A stretch of 64,000 bases of DNA. Origin: Chrysomallon squamiferum (lineage: Eukaryota; Animalia; Mollusca). This document shows, one piece after another, positions 13,493 through 27,588 of this stretch; position 1 is the stretch's first letter, and each line of letters begins with the position of its first letter. The notes under the pieces are model-generated. The model did no database searches, had not been told where the DNA came from, and saw only the letters and a list, made by a program, of their open reading frames with translations. The stretch covers positions 5,456,001 through 5,520,000 of the forward strand of contig CM022679.1 in NCBI GenBank assembly GCA_012295275.1, given 5' to 3'. The translations under genes and the position numbers were made by a program.

Positions 13493-16184
13493 TGTCTTCA
13501 TAGATAGATTGGTGGATAAAGGAAGGTAGGTAGATAGGTATGTATGCGTTTATGTATTTATATATGTTTGTATGTATGTATCCTTTTATGTAAATATACT
13601 ATACCACTATTACTACTACTACTACTAATAATAATAATAATAATAATCTCAAAAAGTAACTTCGTTTCACTTGCATATCACCATCATTTATTACGCATAA
13701 AAGAAAAATATTTCTGTGAGTGACACTATTATGATTTTCAGAGAAATCTTTCATATTTTCCAGTTAGTTTTATGCAGTATCATACAGACTGACTTTATAT
13801 ATACTATGGTCTTCGGCATAACTCTCTTGGGATATTGAGTAAAACAGGAGAACATTCCAAATGACCATTACTGAAGACTGAGCCAATACTGACCGAACAT
13901 ACACCGTTTCTTAAGTATGTCCAATATAGTCACAGTGAGACAGTTTATATTGAAGAAACCAAAGACAACACATTCTTATCTGGAATATCTGAAATATACT
14001 ACTGTTATTGTGCTAGGTGAATGGACAGATAAATAGAGAGATAGAAAGAGAGACTGACAGACAGACAGATATACTTACATACATACAAACATACATACAT
14101 ATACATACACAAATTAATATATAAACAGATTCTGAAGGATATAAAGAAAGATAAACAGATAGATAGACAGATACACAGACAAATACATTCGTACATACAT
14201 ACATACACTCACATACACATTCACACGGATAAACAGACTGACCTAGATCAGAGATAGACAGATGGAAAAATATATGTATGTATGCAGATATATAAATAGA
14301 TGGATGGACAGACAGAAAGACGAACTGACGGGTGGATGGATAGCGGAGTTACAGAGAGAAACAGAGACGCAGCAGACGTGATCGTTTGAAACAATATTAC
14401 TCTTCATTCACGCACATAATACGATTTTTCTTTTTACCGCGATCGAAAATGGCGAACGTGTAATTATTTTTACCAGTTTTAGCGAGTCATTATTATCTTA
14501 CTCTTGTCGCACCATTAACTTGAATTTGCTGCACACAGTGCTGAAGTCCGCGCTAATAGATTTAAAACACGGCTCTGTATGCGAGACTTATTTGATTTGA
14601 TAACAGCTGCAAGGACCTCTGACGTCACTGAGACCGGAATTAAGAGTTTTAAAAGTTTTATAAGCTCTAAGACGTCGACTTATTAGCGTGTGTTAGAATG
14701 GTTAGATGTCAGGGTTGCTGATATTGCGGCTTCACACTTGGGATGTAACAACATTAATTACTTTTCTCAACAGAGTAACGATTTCTGTAGCGCCCAAAAC
14801 TCGGAATACGGGATTCGTTGCTAATGAAGTTTCCGATGTTGCAACTGAAATTTTTTTGTTGTTGTTGATGACGATATCGTTAATGCCAATAAAGGTGTTG
14901 CAAGATTTGACATTTTCCTAGTACAAGGACAGGATGGTAATGTAGATGATTTTTGGTTGTGGTATATCTCACGTTTAGTAATGATATGTGACGTCAATTT
15001 GTTTGAATTTGTTTATGGGGTATGTTCCCAAAACTGGAAGTCTCCAGATTAGGTAAGCGGTGAGGTGTTCTAATCCGCTTCCAGAAATGGGAAAACTGGC
15101 GTGAGCAATTAAGGCCAATTTAGACTCACGGAGACTGCAAGAAAATTAATGTTTGGAGACAGGTAATACTACCAATTTAGACGTGTGGGGTTAACGAGAT
15201 CAATTCAGAGATGTTTGAAGAGGGTAGCCAGAGTAGATGTTGCAAGGAAATTAATGTTATAACATAAAATTTGAGACAGGAAATACTACCTATATAAATA
15301 CTGTACAGTCATGATTGATCATGGCTGCGAAGGGAGAAATTTCGTTTGTAAAGTGTGACTGAATACTGTTTAACAAAAGTACATCAGTTAAGGTGACGGA
15401 AGAGCAATTAGTAAGGGTGAGCAATAAACTGCCAGAAATAGAACAACTGGCGTGTCCAGTTAAGATGTGTAATAATCTCACTGCCAGATTCGGGAATAAA
15501 CCGTTTATGGATATGATGTCACAGTAGATGTTACGCTTTATGATATGAAATAATGTTACTCTGTATTGTTTTATGCTACGTTATGTTACGTTATGTTATA
15601 TAATATGATGTTATATTATGTTGTATTACATTATGTTATATATATATATATATTTTATTGAATTGCTCTCTCAAAATTTCATGCTGCTTTATAAACATCT
15701 ATATTTATATTTTTTTCCCATAAAATGTTTCTTCTATGGCGCTTTTAAAAGGCTGTCAGAAAAACCAGAAATGTGAATGATTTTTTTTTTTTTTTTTTTT
15801 TCAAATCACATTACAGGAGTGTATTCAGTTTATTTTTGACATCTATAAAAGTATGACAGGTTCAAATGGACGACCAGTTACTTACATTTAGCTTGGAAAA
15901 CCGTTCAGAGATTGAAAGAACGCAATAAGCCAAATATATCGCTCTCCATCTAATGACATTTCGTTCAGATTTTAATTCCAATTGTCGTTGCATTTCAGGT
16001 CTAGGATTTATGTCAAAGAAACCTACTGCAGATATTCCATTTACGTATTAGCAAGAAGGGTCATTTTATACCCACCTTAACCTAAACTGGAACATACATA
16101 TTGCAACTTTTTATAAATCAACCACGAGAAGTAATAAAGTGGGATACACCATTAGGACTGATCTTGCAAAATGTAACATACAGA

Positions 16185-16247
<63 letters not shown>

Positions 16248-17146
16248 TAGTATTATTATTAGTAGTAGTAGTAATATAGCTGTGCAGTAATGTGTCAATA
16301 ACTAATATTAGTACAATTAATAGTAGTTGTTGTTCATAATGTAGTGGTAGTGGTAGTTGTTGGTGCAGCTTTTTGTTGTTATTTTGATGATTATGATGAT
16401 GTTGTGGTAGTGACAGTTGTAGCATGAGTCGTAGTAGTAGCGGTGGTAGTAGAAGCAGTGGTATTTTAGTGAAAAGATGAATGATACATCAGTGCAAAGA
16501 AAAGAGAATTCGTAGGAACGTTACTATTTACTATATCGTTTATCTTATTAGAATCTTATATGATATTATTACGTCATATCTTATTATTACGTTATATTTC
16601 CTTATTACGATATGTCGTGTTATTACGTTATATCTTATTATTACAAAGGATATAACAGAAAGAACGTTGACTTAAACCTTGTAAAATAGTATGTTGAAAA
16701 AGGCAAACAAACAAACAAAAATAAATAAATAATTAGGTGTAAGGTAATAATAAGAAACAGAAAAGAAGGTTTTCGTTACTATTTTTCTATTTCTTATCGA
16801 TCTTACAGGTTCGTCAGGCTTTCTACAATCAGTCAGTGGGTCTGATTATACGAATATCTGTCTGTTTAACTGCCACTATGTCCGTTTGTCCTTTCTGTCA
16901 GTTTATTAGTGTGTTTTTTCTCTGTGTATTCGTGTTTGTGTCTGTTTAATAAAATCGTTTATTACATTTTTCGCTAATTATAATTAACACATATTGTTGA
17001 TGTTATACCACATACAGATACGTGTGTCTGTGGATGAAAATAAATATTAAAAATAAATAAATCAATCAATCAATCAAAACTAATAACTACATAAACATTA
17101 ACTAACTAACTGAACAGAAACAAAATAAGGAATAAATGGTACTCAC

Positions 17147-17557
17147 ATATGATATCATGGGTTTATTGAAAGCCGCCGCTATCCTTCCCTCATTGATGCA
17201 AGTTTCCTGCGGACCTATGTACACGGAGATGTTTTTGTCAAGCAGTAAAACTGTTTGCTTAATACTCTGAAATTCCAGACCGTACGTTTCAGAAATAATA
17301 AAGTCGAGTGTATGATTTGGAAGAATGGTTTGGTTCAAGTTAATTTGGTGTACTGCGTACGTGATGGCCCCAGATATGACCCTTCCTGGACTCGTGTAAA
17401 ACTGATTCCCTGGACTGCGCTCCGATCCCGTCAGGTATCCTATTCGTATGACTTCACATCCGCACCATCTGTAGAGCGAAACGTATACGATCAAGTAAAA
17501 TATCCGTTTTGTCAGCTGATCCAAACGATTAAGCATGGTAACTGAAAGTGAATTCAT
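17147..17557 (-). CDS. First coding exon of a receptor-type (transmembrane) guanylate cyclase, Gyc32E/natriuretic-peptide-receptor-like (signal peptide plus start of the ANF-receptor ligand-binding domain)
   Basis: gccATG at 17557, then a hydrophobic leader (RIFYLIVYVSLYRWCGC) and IRIGYLTGS..PGRVISGAITYAVHQIN....LPNHTLDF...ETYG.....YIGPQETCINEGRIAAAFNKPMISY. The exon ends at a phase-0 donor GTGAGT (17146-17141). A candidate acceptor tttcag lies at 17618-17619. No downstream exon was recognised in 1-17140. Confidence 0.88.
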
Positions 17558-18802
17558 GGCTCTTTGACTTTGATACAGGTATAAGTGTATACATTTAGCG
17601 TTTCACAAACCAAAAATCTGAAAGTAAATTGTCATTGAAAAGTTTTTACATCTTATGTCGTTTTAAGTCATTTTTCTTAGACAGTCTGTATCCAGTGGAC
17701 GTCTAAGATCGAAGAAGAAATTTCGTTCATGGTTTATGAATCGGTTCACGGAAACAGTAGCGGTCCATCTTGAAAGCGTTTCGCTAACTCGACTAAGACT
17801 TCTCCCGCCAAAATCATCTGTATCGTTTGCTACCACTGTTCGATCGATCTGTCGTCTGCTTTTGAAACTGAGGCGGAGTACTGTTAGATCAGTCCCTGCT
17901 GTTGCGTCCCCTGCAGATGATAGGAAAAGCTGTTGGAAGCAAATAAGCAAAGCCTACTTTCATTGGCTCGTGGTAATGCCATAAACTAATCAGTTGGTAA
18001 CAGAGATATATTTATATTTATTTGTACGTTAGTGAGGAATTTCGCTGGTTATTAACTGAAATAAGTGTTTTTTTCTCTGCTACATTTGTATGGTATAACA
18101 CGCCCAGAGGTGTTAATTTTAACATTAGCGAGAAATGTAATAAACGATTGTATTAGACGCAAATACGAACACTCGGATAAAACAATAATAAACAATAGAA
18201 AGGACAAATGGACACATTGGCAGTTAAATAGACAGACATTCGTGGAATCGGACACACTGACTGCCTAAAAGACAGACAGACGAATATACAAGACTTCTAA
18301 AGAAACAGAAAATAAGTAACCAGAAACATTCTTTTTTATATTTCTCATCTTTATTAAAGTTGGTCGTTGTTCATATGTTTACGTTTACCTTAATTTTATT
18401 TCTAATCCTGATACTGGTAATTATTATTAGACAGACAAACAGACAGACAGATGATGGATGGATGGATGGATAGATTAACTAAATTTACACTTTATTTCTT
18501 TGCTAACGCTTATATTTCCAATTAGACGGATCAAAATGTTCTACGCTATACTAACAACGATCTTTGGAGAAAATTTGTACAATAATCAAACTGTGTAATG
18601 ATTTACCTCCCTTTTCCAAGCAGTTTGACTTTGCCGTGATAGTTTAGAGGTTAGAGTTCAGAACTGAAATGTAATAGGTGTTCAGATCAGTTATCCTTAG
18701 TTAGCATTACTGGTTAATTCCGGTTCCAACCAATGTCCTGCTATTTGTTTTTACTTGTGATTACCAATCTATGCGGTGTGTGTCTGTCTATGTCAGCATA
18801 CA

Positions 18803-18872
<70 letters not shown>

Positions 18873-19175
18873 CACACTGCTATAAAAGATGAAAGATACT
18901 GACGTTACCAGTTATCTATCTCATATTTTCATTATACAGAAAACAAAACAATAAATGAAAACCTGTGCATTTTAGAATAATAATCATCAGTAATAGTCAA
19001 AGAAATATCTTTAATTTATATGACAGGTCATGTTTCTTTCCTTAGTAAATGCATTTTTCCCGTGTATCGGTTAACATATGTTTAATAAGTTGGAGCGCTG
19101 TACTCAATAAGCCACAAAACTCACATAACACTTTGACGATATCATTCTACACGATCGCTCGTAAACTACAACAAA

Positions 19176-19191
19176 CAGCGCCCCCTGGCGG
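19176..19191 (-). promoter_or_regulatory. CTCF-type insulator motif
   Basis: The minus strand reads CCGCCAGGGGGCGCTG, matching the CTCF core CC(A/G)CCAGGGGGCGC. It is an isolated GC-rich word in AT-rich DNA, 1.6 kb upstream of the cyclase ATG. Confidence 0.6.
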
Positions 19192-21383
19192 TAAAGTATT
19201 TTCTTTCTATAGTTCTTGTATCTGTACAAAATAAGCGAGTTTGTAATGATTTGATTTCGAATTAGAAATTATATTAAATAAAACGTCCATATTTTTCCCC
19301 CGTTCTAAGCCGAGATGCTGTAAAGTATCAAAAATGATTGTTAAAATGAAATCAGAAAATTAATCAGGTCCGTAATAACTTTTATAATTGAAATGCCAGT
19401 GATAAAATTTGAAATAATTCATTTCGTTTTATGTCTAGTTATATTTTATATACGTAAACGTTTTTTATGATGAACTGTACATTTTATGGTAAAGATGAAA
19501 GCATATATAAGATGTTCTGTTACTATTTTTTTTTTGTGTGTTGTTTTCTGTGTCAGTGAGAGAGAGAGTTCGTATGTTTTTGTTCTATATTTCTTTTTCT
19601 ATTTTTTTTTTTATTAATATCACCATCATCATTATTATTATTATTATTATTATGTTTTATTATTTTTGCTGGTGTTGCTGTTGTTGTTGTTAAAACTAGT
19701 AATAATGATAATAGTAGTTAAAGCAATAATAAAGGTAAAAATAACAGTAAAACAACGGTAATAGTTATTGCTGTAGCAGCATCTTTTTAAACAACCACAG
19801 CTGTTACTGTTGAAATAATCGTAGATGTTTTATTGATTTAGTCATCGTCGTCGTCGTGTTGTCGTTGTAACCGATATGATTATTAGAATATATTTCAGTG
19901 TTAGAGAAACAAATAAAAATATATCTGGAACATGCTTCTGTTTTCATCTTGGTTCGTCAACAATTCTTTGACTAATTTTTTTAAACCTTCAAAGAGTTCG
20001 TGATTTTTCTGCATGTTAAGAAAAATATATAATTAAAAAAGTTCTTGTTAAAAAACGAATCAGGAATCGATCAATAAATAATAAAACTTAACTTTACAAA
20101 AAAAAAAATAGAAAATTAATATTTTTAAAATAATTCCACGTAATATGAAAAAAAAAAAAAAAAATCATTCTTTCTGAAAAAGAAAAAAGAAAAAAAAAAG
20201 AAACAGGAATATTTTGATTAAAAAAAAAGAGAAAAATAATTATTTTATTTTAATTTTATATAACACTGAAAAAATATAAATTTACAAATATGTTTGTAAA
20301 GCTCCATAATAAAGGTGGACTGGCTCAATCGATAAATAAATAAAGCGTACTTACTTAAATTTCTCTAACGGAAAAAAAAAAAAAAAAAAAAAAAAACAAA
20401 TTTAAAATGAAAAATTTTAGAAATTTATTTCATACCAATTTCCTGAATTATATTTTTTTTATTTATTTAATCCAATTACAGTTAATACTATTACGCCAAC
20501 ACAATTTAAATTCCATTATGCAGACGATAAAATTTGTCGAAAATTGAAACTTTAAAGCTAAACGGATTAAGGAGATATTTTTATGTTTTCACATAACTAC
20601 AGAATTTTATACAAGCAGTTATTCATTATTATTTTCTGCAAAAAACTATTGTGTAATATCTATTTTATCTGTCAGTCTAGTCAATTTTCTAGATATTGTA
20701 TGTATATGGTGTTTCTAAGCGTGGAAAACCACGTACAATGAGCTTCGGTATTTCAGTCGTAGAAAATGGCTGGAGAACGGAAAGACCATAAAGGGAATTG
20801 ATCTTGTGGATCTCCTGCTGGTAGGTGAGACCAGTGTATTTAGATATTTACCAATAACAAACAAGAAGTAAAAATATATATATACATACATATAAACAAT
20901 TATAATATAAACAGAAATACAAACAATAACAACAACAATAACAATAACAATAATAACAGCAACAACAACAACAAAAACCAGAATAATAATATTATTATTA
21001 ATAATAATAATAATAATAAATTAAGCAAATTTTATATCAAAACTTGTACACAACACTTCTATAATCAACAGTTTGTCTGTACAGACAAATCTGATGCATT
21101 AACACTGATAGTCGCATACACAAAGACAGAAGACATCCAAATCTAAATATCCACCAATCTGAAAACTAATTACAGTTAGAAATGCAATATAACTATTCAT
21201 TAAACTTGTTGGCTGACGTGTGTGAGATTCAGTAAAGGACACTGATAACGAAATGTCCTATGTCATGATAGCGACATGATACTTTGGCAAATACATTCGG
21301 GGTTTTAGAATGTTAGGCAATAAAGGAATAAATAGCCTCACCACATTTGATTTTCTCTTTCCATTCTTGTATTATTATTAATA

Positions 21384-22025
21384 CAGTGGTACCTCGAGAT
21401 ACGAGCGCTCCAACTTACGAGTTTTTCGAGTAATGAACAGTGGCCCGAGCGATTTTTTGCTTTAAGTTGCGAGTCAAAATCGGAGTTACGGGCGAGCTTC
21501 AGATCTGCCGCCGCTAGTTGGCGCAACGAACAACACAACATCCGCCCAGCATTCCGTGTTTTATTCGTTTGCTTCACGTGGTTACCTCGCCGTGAAAGCA
21601 TCTCAGTTGTGTTGTGCTCGCGTTTTGTGCAGCATTTTGCCAAATTTCCATGGATCCTAAGAAAGTGAATGCAAAGGACAGTGCCGAGAAGAAGAAGTGG
21701 ATGATGTCCATTGAATTAAAGCATGAAATCATAGAAAATCATGATCGAAGTGAGTGTGCGTGTAGTCAACACGGCTAGGCAATTCAAGCATAATACTTTT
21801 ACGATATGTACCATACTGAAGCAGAAGTTAATAAGAGTTATAACGGCAGTCAAAGGCGTTAAAATAATTTCTAAGCTGTGGACCTCTGTCCATGAAAAGA
21901 CTGAGAAACCCTGATCCTGTACACTTTACAAAAACAGTTTATTTCTTTACATTCTCTTTTACTTCTTTTTTTTTTATATACAATATTTGACATTTATACA
22001 TAAATTTTTTTTATTTAAAAATATG
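21384..22025 (+). mobile_element. Second Tigger/pogo element copy (left TIR plus decayed CENP-B-like HTH transposase N-terminus; right TIR not found)
   Basis: Starts TA|cagtggtacctcgagatacgag. The ATG at 21650 gives MDPKKVNAKDSAEKKKWMMSIELKHEIIENHD, then a frameshifted ..TICTILKQK..VKGVKIISKL. It is the reverse complement of 10260-10858. Confidence 0.85.
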
Positions 22026-22286
22026 TTACAAAATATGTGATTATAAAATTGCTTTAGTACGTTTTGTTTCTCTAAGGATTATGACATTACTGGACTTACC
22101 ATATTTTATGTGAAATTAAATACTAACAAAAATAGGCAAAAAAAACACAAACAAAAACTGATGTCACTCATTTATCAGCCACAAGAATAGCTATATCTTA
22201 TTCGTGCAAATTCCAGTTCTAAAAGAGAAAATGTTTTTAGTGTTTTTTGAGTTAATTCTTGAAATAAAAATTCTGATTACAATATT

Positions 22287-22562
22287 CAGGTGCTAATCCA
22301 GGAGAAGCAAGGGATGTGACTGAGGTGTTTTATAGTCTCCTTCAGAAATCACCAATAGCATTTTGTTTTCGTTGATTTTACATTGTCTAATAGACCCTAC
22401 GTTAAACGAATTTTTGCATTTTTGTCGCCATTATGAAATTCGTATCTTGTTAGTTCTTCAGTTTTGAGTTTATTTATTTATTTATTTTTATTTTTATTTG
22501 TTTAATTCCCTGCTATCGGGATATAGTGACCAGTCCCTAAAAAGGTCCTGGAACCTCCACTG
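22287..22562. mobile_element. Possible decayed hAT-like MITE
   Basis: The ends caggtgctaatccagg and cctggaacctccactg resemble a degenerate CAGTGGCGGATCCAGG inverted terminus. No 8-bp TSD was seen. Confidence 0.25.
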
Positions 22563-23641
22563 ATGTTTCCATATTACACTGCAGTTGGAAAACAAAGTAA
22601 ATAACTTATAAATAAACTGGAAACGAATAAAAGAAAAAAGTGTTAAATCTGCATCACAAATATTTAAAAACTGAAATTTAATAAATAAAAAGAAAACAGT
22701 TGAAGAAAGATTATCTCACAATAATTCTACCTCAAGCATTAATCTTCTTTTTGTTTTATTTTAGTTCTAATTTTTTTTAATTTCATTCTTTTTTTTTTTT
22801 TTTTCTTTAATTAATTTTTTCTCTTTTTTTTTTTCTTTTTCTTTCCTATTTCTTTTCTTTTCTTTTTTTTTAATCCTGTTTTGATTCGCCACCTGTTAAA
22901 TTTTCACAACTTTGTTTTTTTTTATCTTCTGTTACGCAAACTCTTGTTAATCTGATTTTATCGCAGATTTTCTTTACAATCACTTGAACAGTTAATGAAG
23001 TGTTCAGCGCTACATGCAAACGATAGCAGAAAATTTCACTCAAAATCCAGCTGTAAGGGCGAAACCAGAATTCATCAAACGGGCATCACAATTACATTTT
23101 TCATAAACGCAGATCCCCAAAGTAATATGTATCAGTCAACCATCCAAACAACCAATCCAACCAAAAAGCCAACCAACGAACCATCCAACCAGTCGTCTTC
23201 AATGTTCAAGAACTGAAGTAAATTTTTTGTACACCTTGTATTAAAGTTTTGGTTCTGTAAATTCTATTAAATCAATGTGTAGCCAACAACATATTTAAAT
23301 AAAAAAACGTTTATTCTCAGCACAGAGATCAAGTTTTCAGAGACAAAGAAAAACATTTTTTATTTACTTTCTATTTTGACTCGGATCAGTTTAGACCTAC
23401 TCAACATGGTTCACAAAGCATGGTTAATACCCGAAATAACTTTGAGTTGATCTTTGAGTTTGGAAATTAAAACAACAGATGTAGAATTTACAAATCAGTG
23501 TTTTTTAATGCAGACTTAAATATGTTGTTTGAGATATTTAAGAGTTCTCATTAATAGAAATGTGCAATTAACTTTGAGAGAATTCACCCATATAAATAAA
23601 TATATGTTTATACATAATCACAGAGAGAGAGAGAGAGCGAG

Positions 23642-23753
<112 letters not shown>

Positions 23754-26700
23754 TATGTAGGTATGTATGTAGGTGTGCAGCTATCTAAGCAGGTGGAGAG
23801 AAAGAACGATGTAGAATAAATGTGCTTTTTCATCTTCTTCTTCATTTATTCCCTAATCATGTAATTTCTTCTGCCACCACTGTCAAGATTAGTAAATCAA
23901 TAAATATATCATATGTCACCTGCAGGAAATATTATTTAATATCAGTGAATTTTCATCAGCAGATTTCAGTCAAATTAAATTACTTAATTTGAGAAACATG
24001 TACGAAATGAATCTGTAATTAAATCTGTAATGATTTGTCTTTATTACAGCAAGAAATTGGAGTGGAAATAAAGTTAAAATATTTTAATCAGCTTTCGCTC
24101 ATGTAAATGAAGATATTTCAGTTTTGTTTTCTGAAAGCCAAAACACACGCTATAACAATAAACATATATATATATATATATTTTTCCGAAGATATATATT
24201 CAATTTAATAATCTTCTTGAAAACGTCTGAACACAACAAAGATTCTTTTATAGGTTCTTTTTTTTTCGTGTTTTTTTTTTTTCTAATCAAAGTTTAAGGA
24301 AATTTTTATCATCACTTTTTTATTCCATTTAATTATTTTCTTTTAAAACGATTAAACCGAATAATAATAAAAAAAATATATATATATAATAATAATAATA
24401 ATAATAACAACAACATCAACAACAACAGTTCCAGATAATAACCACCTTTTTGTATCCGCCTAAACACAATGTTAATAATACTGACACGACGTCGAGGTGT
24501 TAAAAACGTTCTCCGTATATTTTCTTTTTCTTTTCTTCAAACAGACGTTGACGAAGATTGCTGACAGTCAGATCCCATACGTACGATGATGATAGAAAAG
24601 AGTGACATAGGAAGAAAAGTAATTATTTTGCTTGCTAAACATCTTAAGACTTTCACGGCGGCAAATTGCTGTTTATGCCACATACGCAGCATTAAATAGT
24701 GATTTAATGTTGGCGTTCATAGCTGCTGAACGTGCTTGTCGTGAATTAAATTGCAAATTGGCATTTCTGTTTCATCTCAGTGGAGCAATTGTTAAAAACA
24801 TCTGAAAGTGTATTAAATCGACCAGTTTCTCTGATCATGTTACAGGTTTTGTAATATAAGATAAAAATAACGCTTTTCTGTGATGACTTTTATCACAAAA
24901 CATGTGTACAGAAAACAGGTTCTTGTTTCTCATTTTAACAACTATCGCTCTTTTTATCTCTCTTTTTTTTTTTTTTTTTTTTTCTTTTTTTCTTTTTGCG
25001 GGGGTGTTTGTTTTATCTCGGGTTTTGGGAAACGGACTGTTTGTGGTTTGTTTAGCTTTTGTTGTTGTTGTTGTTGTTATGTTGTTTTTTTTTACGCTTT
25101 GGGGGTTCTTGTTGTTGCTTTTTTTATTTTAAATTTCTGGGGTTTGGTTGCTATTTTTTTTTTTTTTTTTTTTTTATTCATAATGCGATTGGTCCACGGT
25201 TAATAAAATTAATTATTACCTCTATGAAATAATAAAACTTATTTCATCAATTTATCTATTTTTGTTGGGTTTTTTCCTTCATGAAGATGGAAAAACGTTT
25301 GACAATGAATGTTAATTCAACATGATTAACACAGAAAAGTGATCCGAGTGTCAGCTCTACTTGCTACATTGTGGTCTGCAACAAAAGATAAAACCAAGAA
25401 AAAAAAAAATCGTTTTGTTGTTTAGTTACTTTGGCTCAGTAGTTTGTCAGTCTACAGCTGCTCTATACAAGACAAAACTAGGTTTCGTTGGTAAATGTGC
25501 ACTTTGTTTAATTGTTTAATACAGTCAAAAGTGAAATACATTTTGCAATAACCAAATAAGAAAAACGATTCCTGTTGTTTCATACAGTTAAAAAAAAACC
25601 TGCTGATTTCTCTTTATCTACTTCACTGAATAATATTTATTATAAAAAGAAAAAATATTTCTCTGAGTCAGTGATGGGAAATCACACAAACTGATTACTA
25701 TGTGAACACGAATATTTAAAATTATCTAACATTTAATCCATTGACTACAAAATGTTTCCCACTGCTAGATCCGGTGTCTGTTTAGCGATGTGATCTGGTC
25801 TGAAATCAAAGAATACTACCGTAGCGAAATGAAAGAAAATAAGAGATGTTAATTCATGCTCCCTGTCTGGTTATTTAAAGAAATATTTACCATTATTTAA
25901 ATATAATATTATATTTCTTTGTTAGCCCTTGCATATTGATCAAACGTTTATCACAGTTTAAAACAGATGGATGTTCTCAATGTTAATTTTACGTTTGTAT
26001 ATTGGTATGTTCCGGACAGTATAAGAATAATATAGACCATGATCAAAACAAAAGAGCGATTGCTGAAGAGGTTAAACAGTCGCTGGTTCATATTTAATCA
26101 CTTAATGAATGGTCTACGGAGATTAAAGATAATAATAGCTTTTCTGTTTAAATTCACATAAAATATTAAAACAAATTGTCATAATCCTTTCACAAGCAAA
26201 ACGTACGAAACACTTTTAATGCAGTGTTTGATTTATGCAAAAGGAACAGTTTCATGTTTCCATGGAGTGAAACGATAATAGAGTTCATAGAACTGCAGCA
26301 GTGGTAACTTAATAAATGGTGTCAGATAAATAGACAGACAAACAGATATACAGATAGAATAGGTAAATATGAAGAAAAACAGTTAAACAGACATAAAAAA
26401 AGCAGATTTGATGCAGTATTTAATCTGAACAGTTATCCCCTAAAAATAATATGTATGCATTATATATCCAACACCAAACCTTCAGTTTTCTTTGAACGGA
26501 TGTACGCATGATAAAAAAAAAAAAAACAACAACACAAATAACAAAAATAAAACAAAACAAAACAAAAAAACCCCAGTAAAAGTGCACAGATTAATTTTCT
26601 ATCACTGACTATTGGATGTTAAGAATCAGATAATGCTGACACACAGGCATCATCGCAAACTTTTCACATTTACCAATAGATGCAAAGTATCGTTTTATTG

Positions 26701-27518
26701 TATATTCCCATGAACTGAAAAACGCATTTCGTAACAAAATTATGTTATGGAGACGAGACGTGCTGAGGACAGTTGATCCCATCACCAGTCAGAATATCAG
26801 TCTCAGATGAGTACAGAAAGTACACAGGCCGGCTTTATATATCATCAGGCTACCACTGACAGTGGAAACAACGGAAAGATCGGATTGTGATGACTTGATC
26901 CAAAGACCTTCCACGCCTAATGCTGTAAAAATGTCTCTCATAGTCTTCCAGAACAGTAAACAGACGAACAGTGATCAAATATATGAAATAATTAAACGAA
27001 TGCTAAATTTAGTTTTTAAGATTATAAAATATTTAAAAAACATAAAGCAGTTGTGACGAATTCTATACCTAACAGACTCTTTCAAAGACGGATTATGCAA
27101 ACTAATTAGTTTTCAGCGTTTCTTTATATTTCCTTACATCGCTTTTTATACAGAAAATCGAGCAATACGGAAACTCCAGTAGATAAAAATCAGTGGTTTG
27201 ACTAAATGTTTGGGCAATATGATCCAGTATTTCAGAATACGAGGACAAAATTTGGTAATGGGAATAGATTATTTTATTTTGTGCATATGAAATTAACTGT
27301 GACGTGTGTACCTCATTTTAAAATGTATAACGAATAAGTAAGAGAAAACGATGCCACTTGTGATGATGATGATGATGATGGTGACTGGCGATGCAGCTGC
27401 TTTGATTATTGTTGATGCTTATGTTTTCGTTGTAGTAGCAGTAGTTGACAGTGTAAACAAAATTAAATTGACAAAATGACATTTTGTAAAGCTATCATTT
27501 ATTATTATTATTATTATT

Positions 27519-27588
<70 letters not shown>

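Noticed and set aside
17663-17984. ORFs just upstream of the cyclase ATG
   Set aside because: The sense one starts at TTG and neither has a recognisable motif. More likely 5'UTR or promoter sequence.
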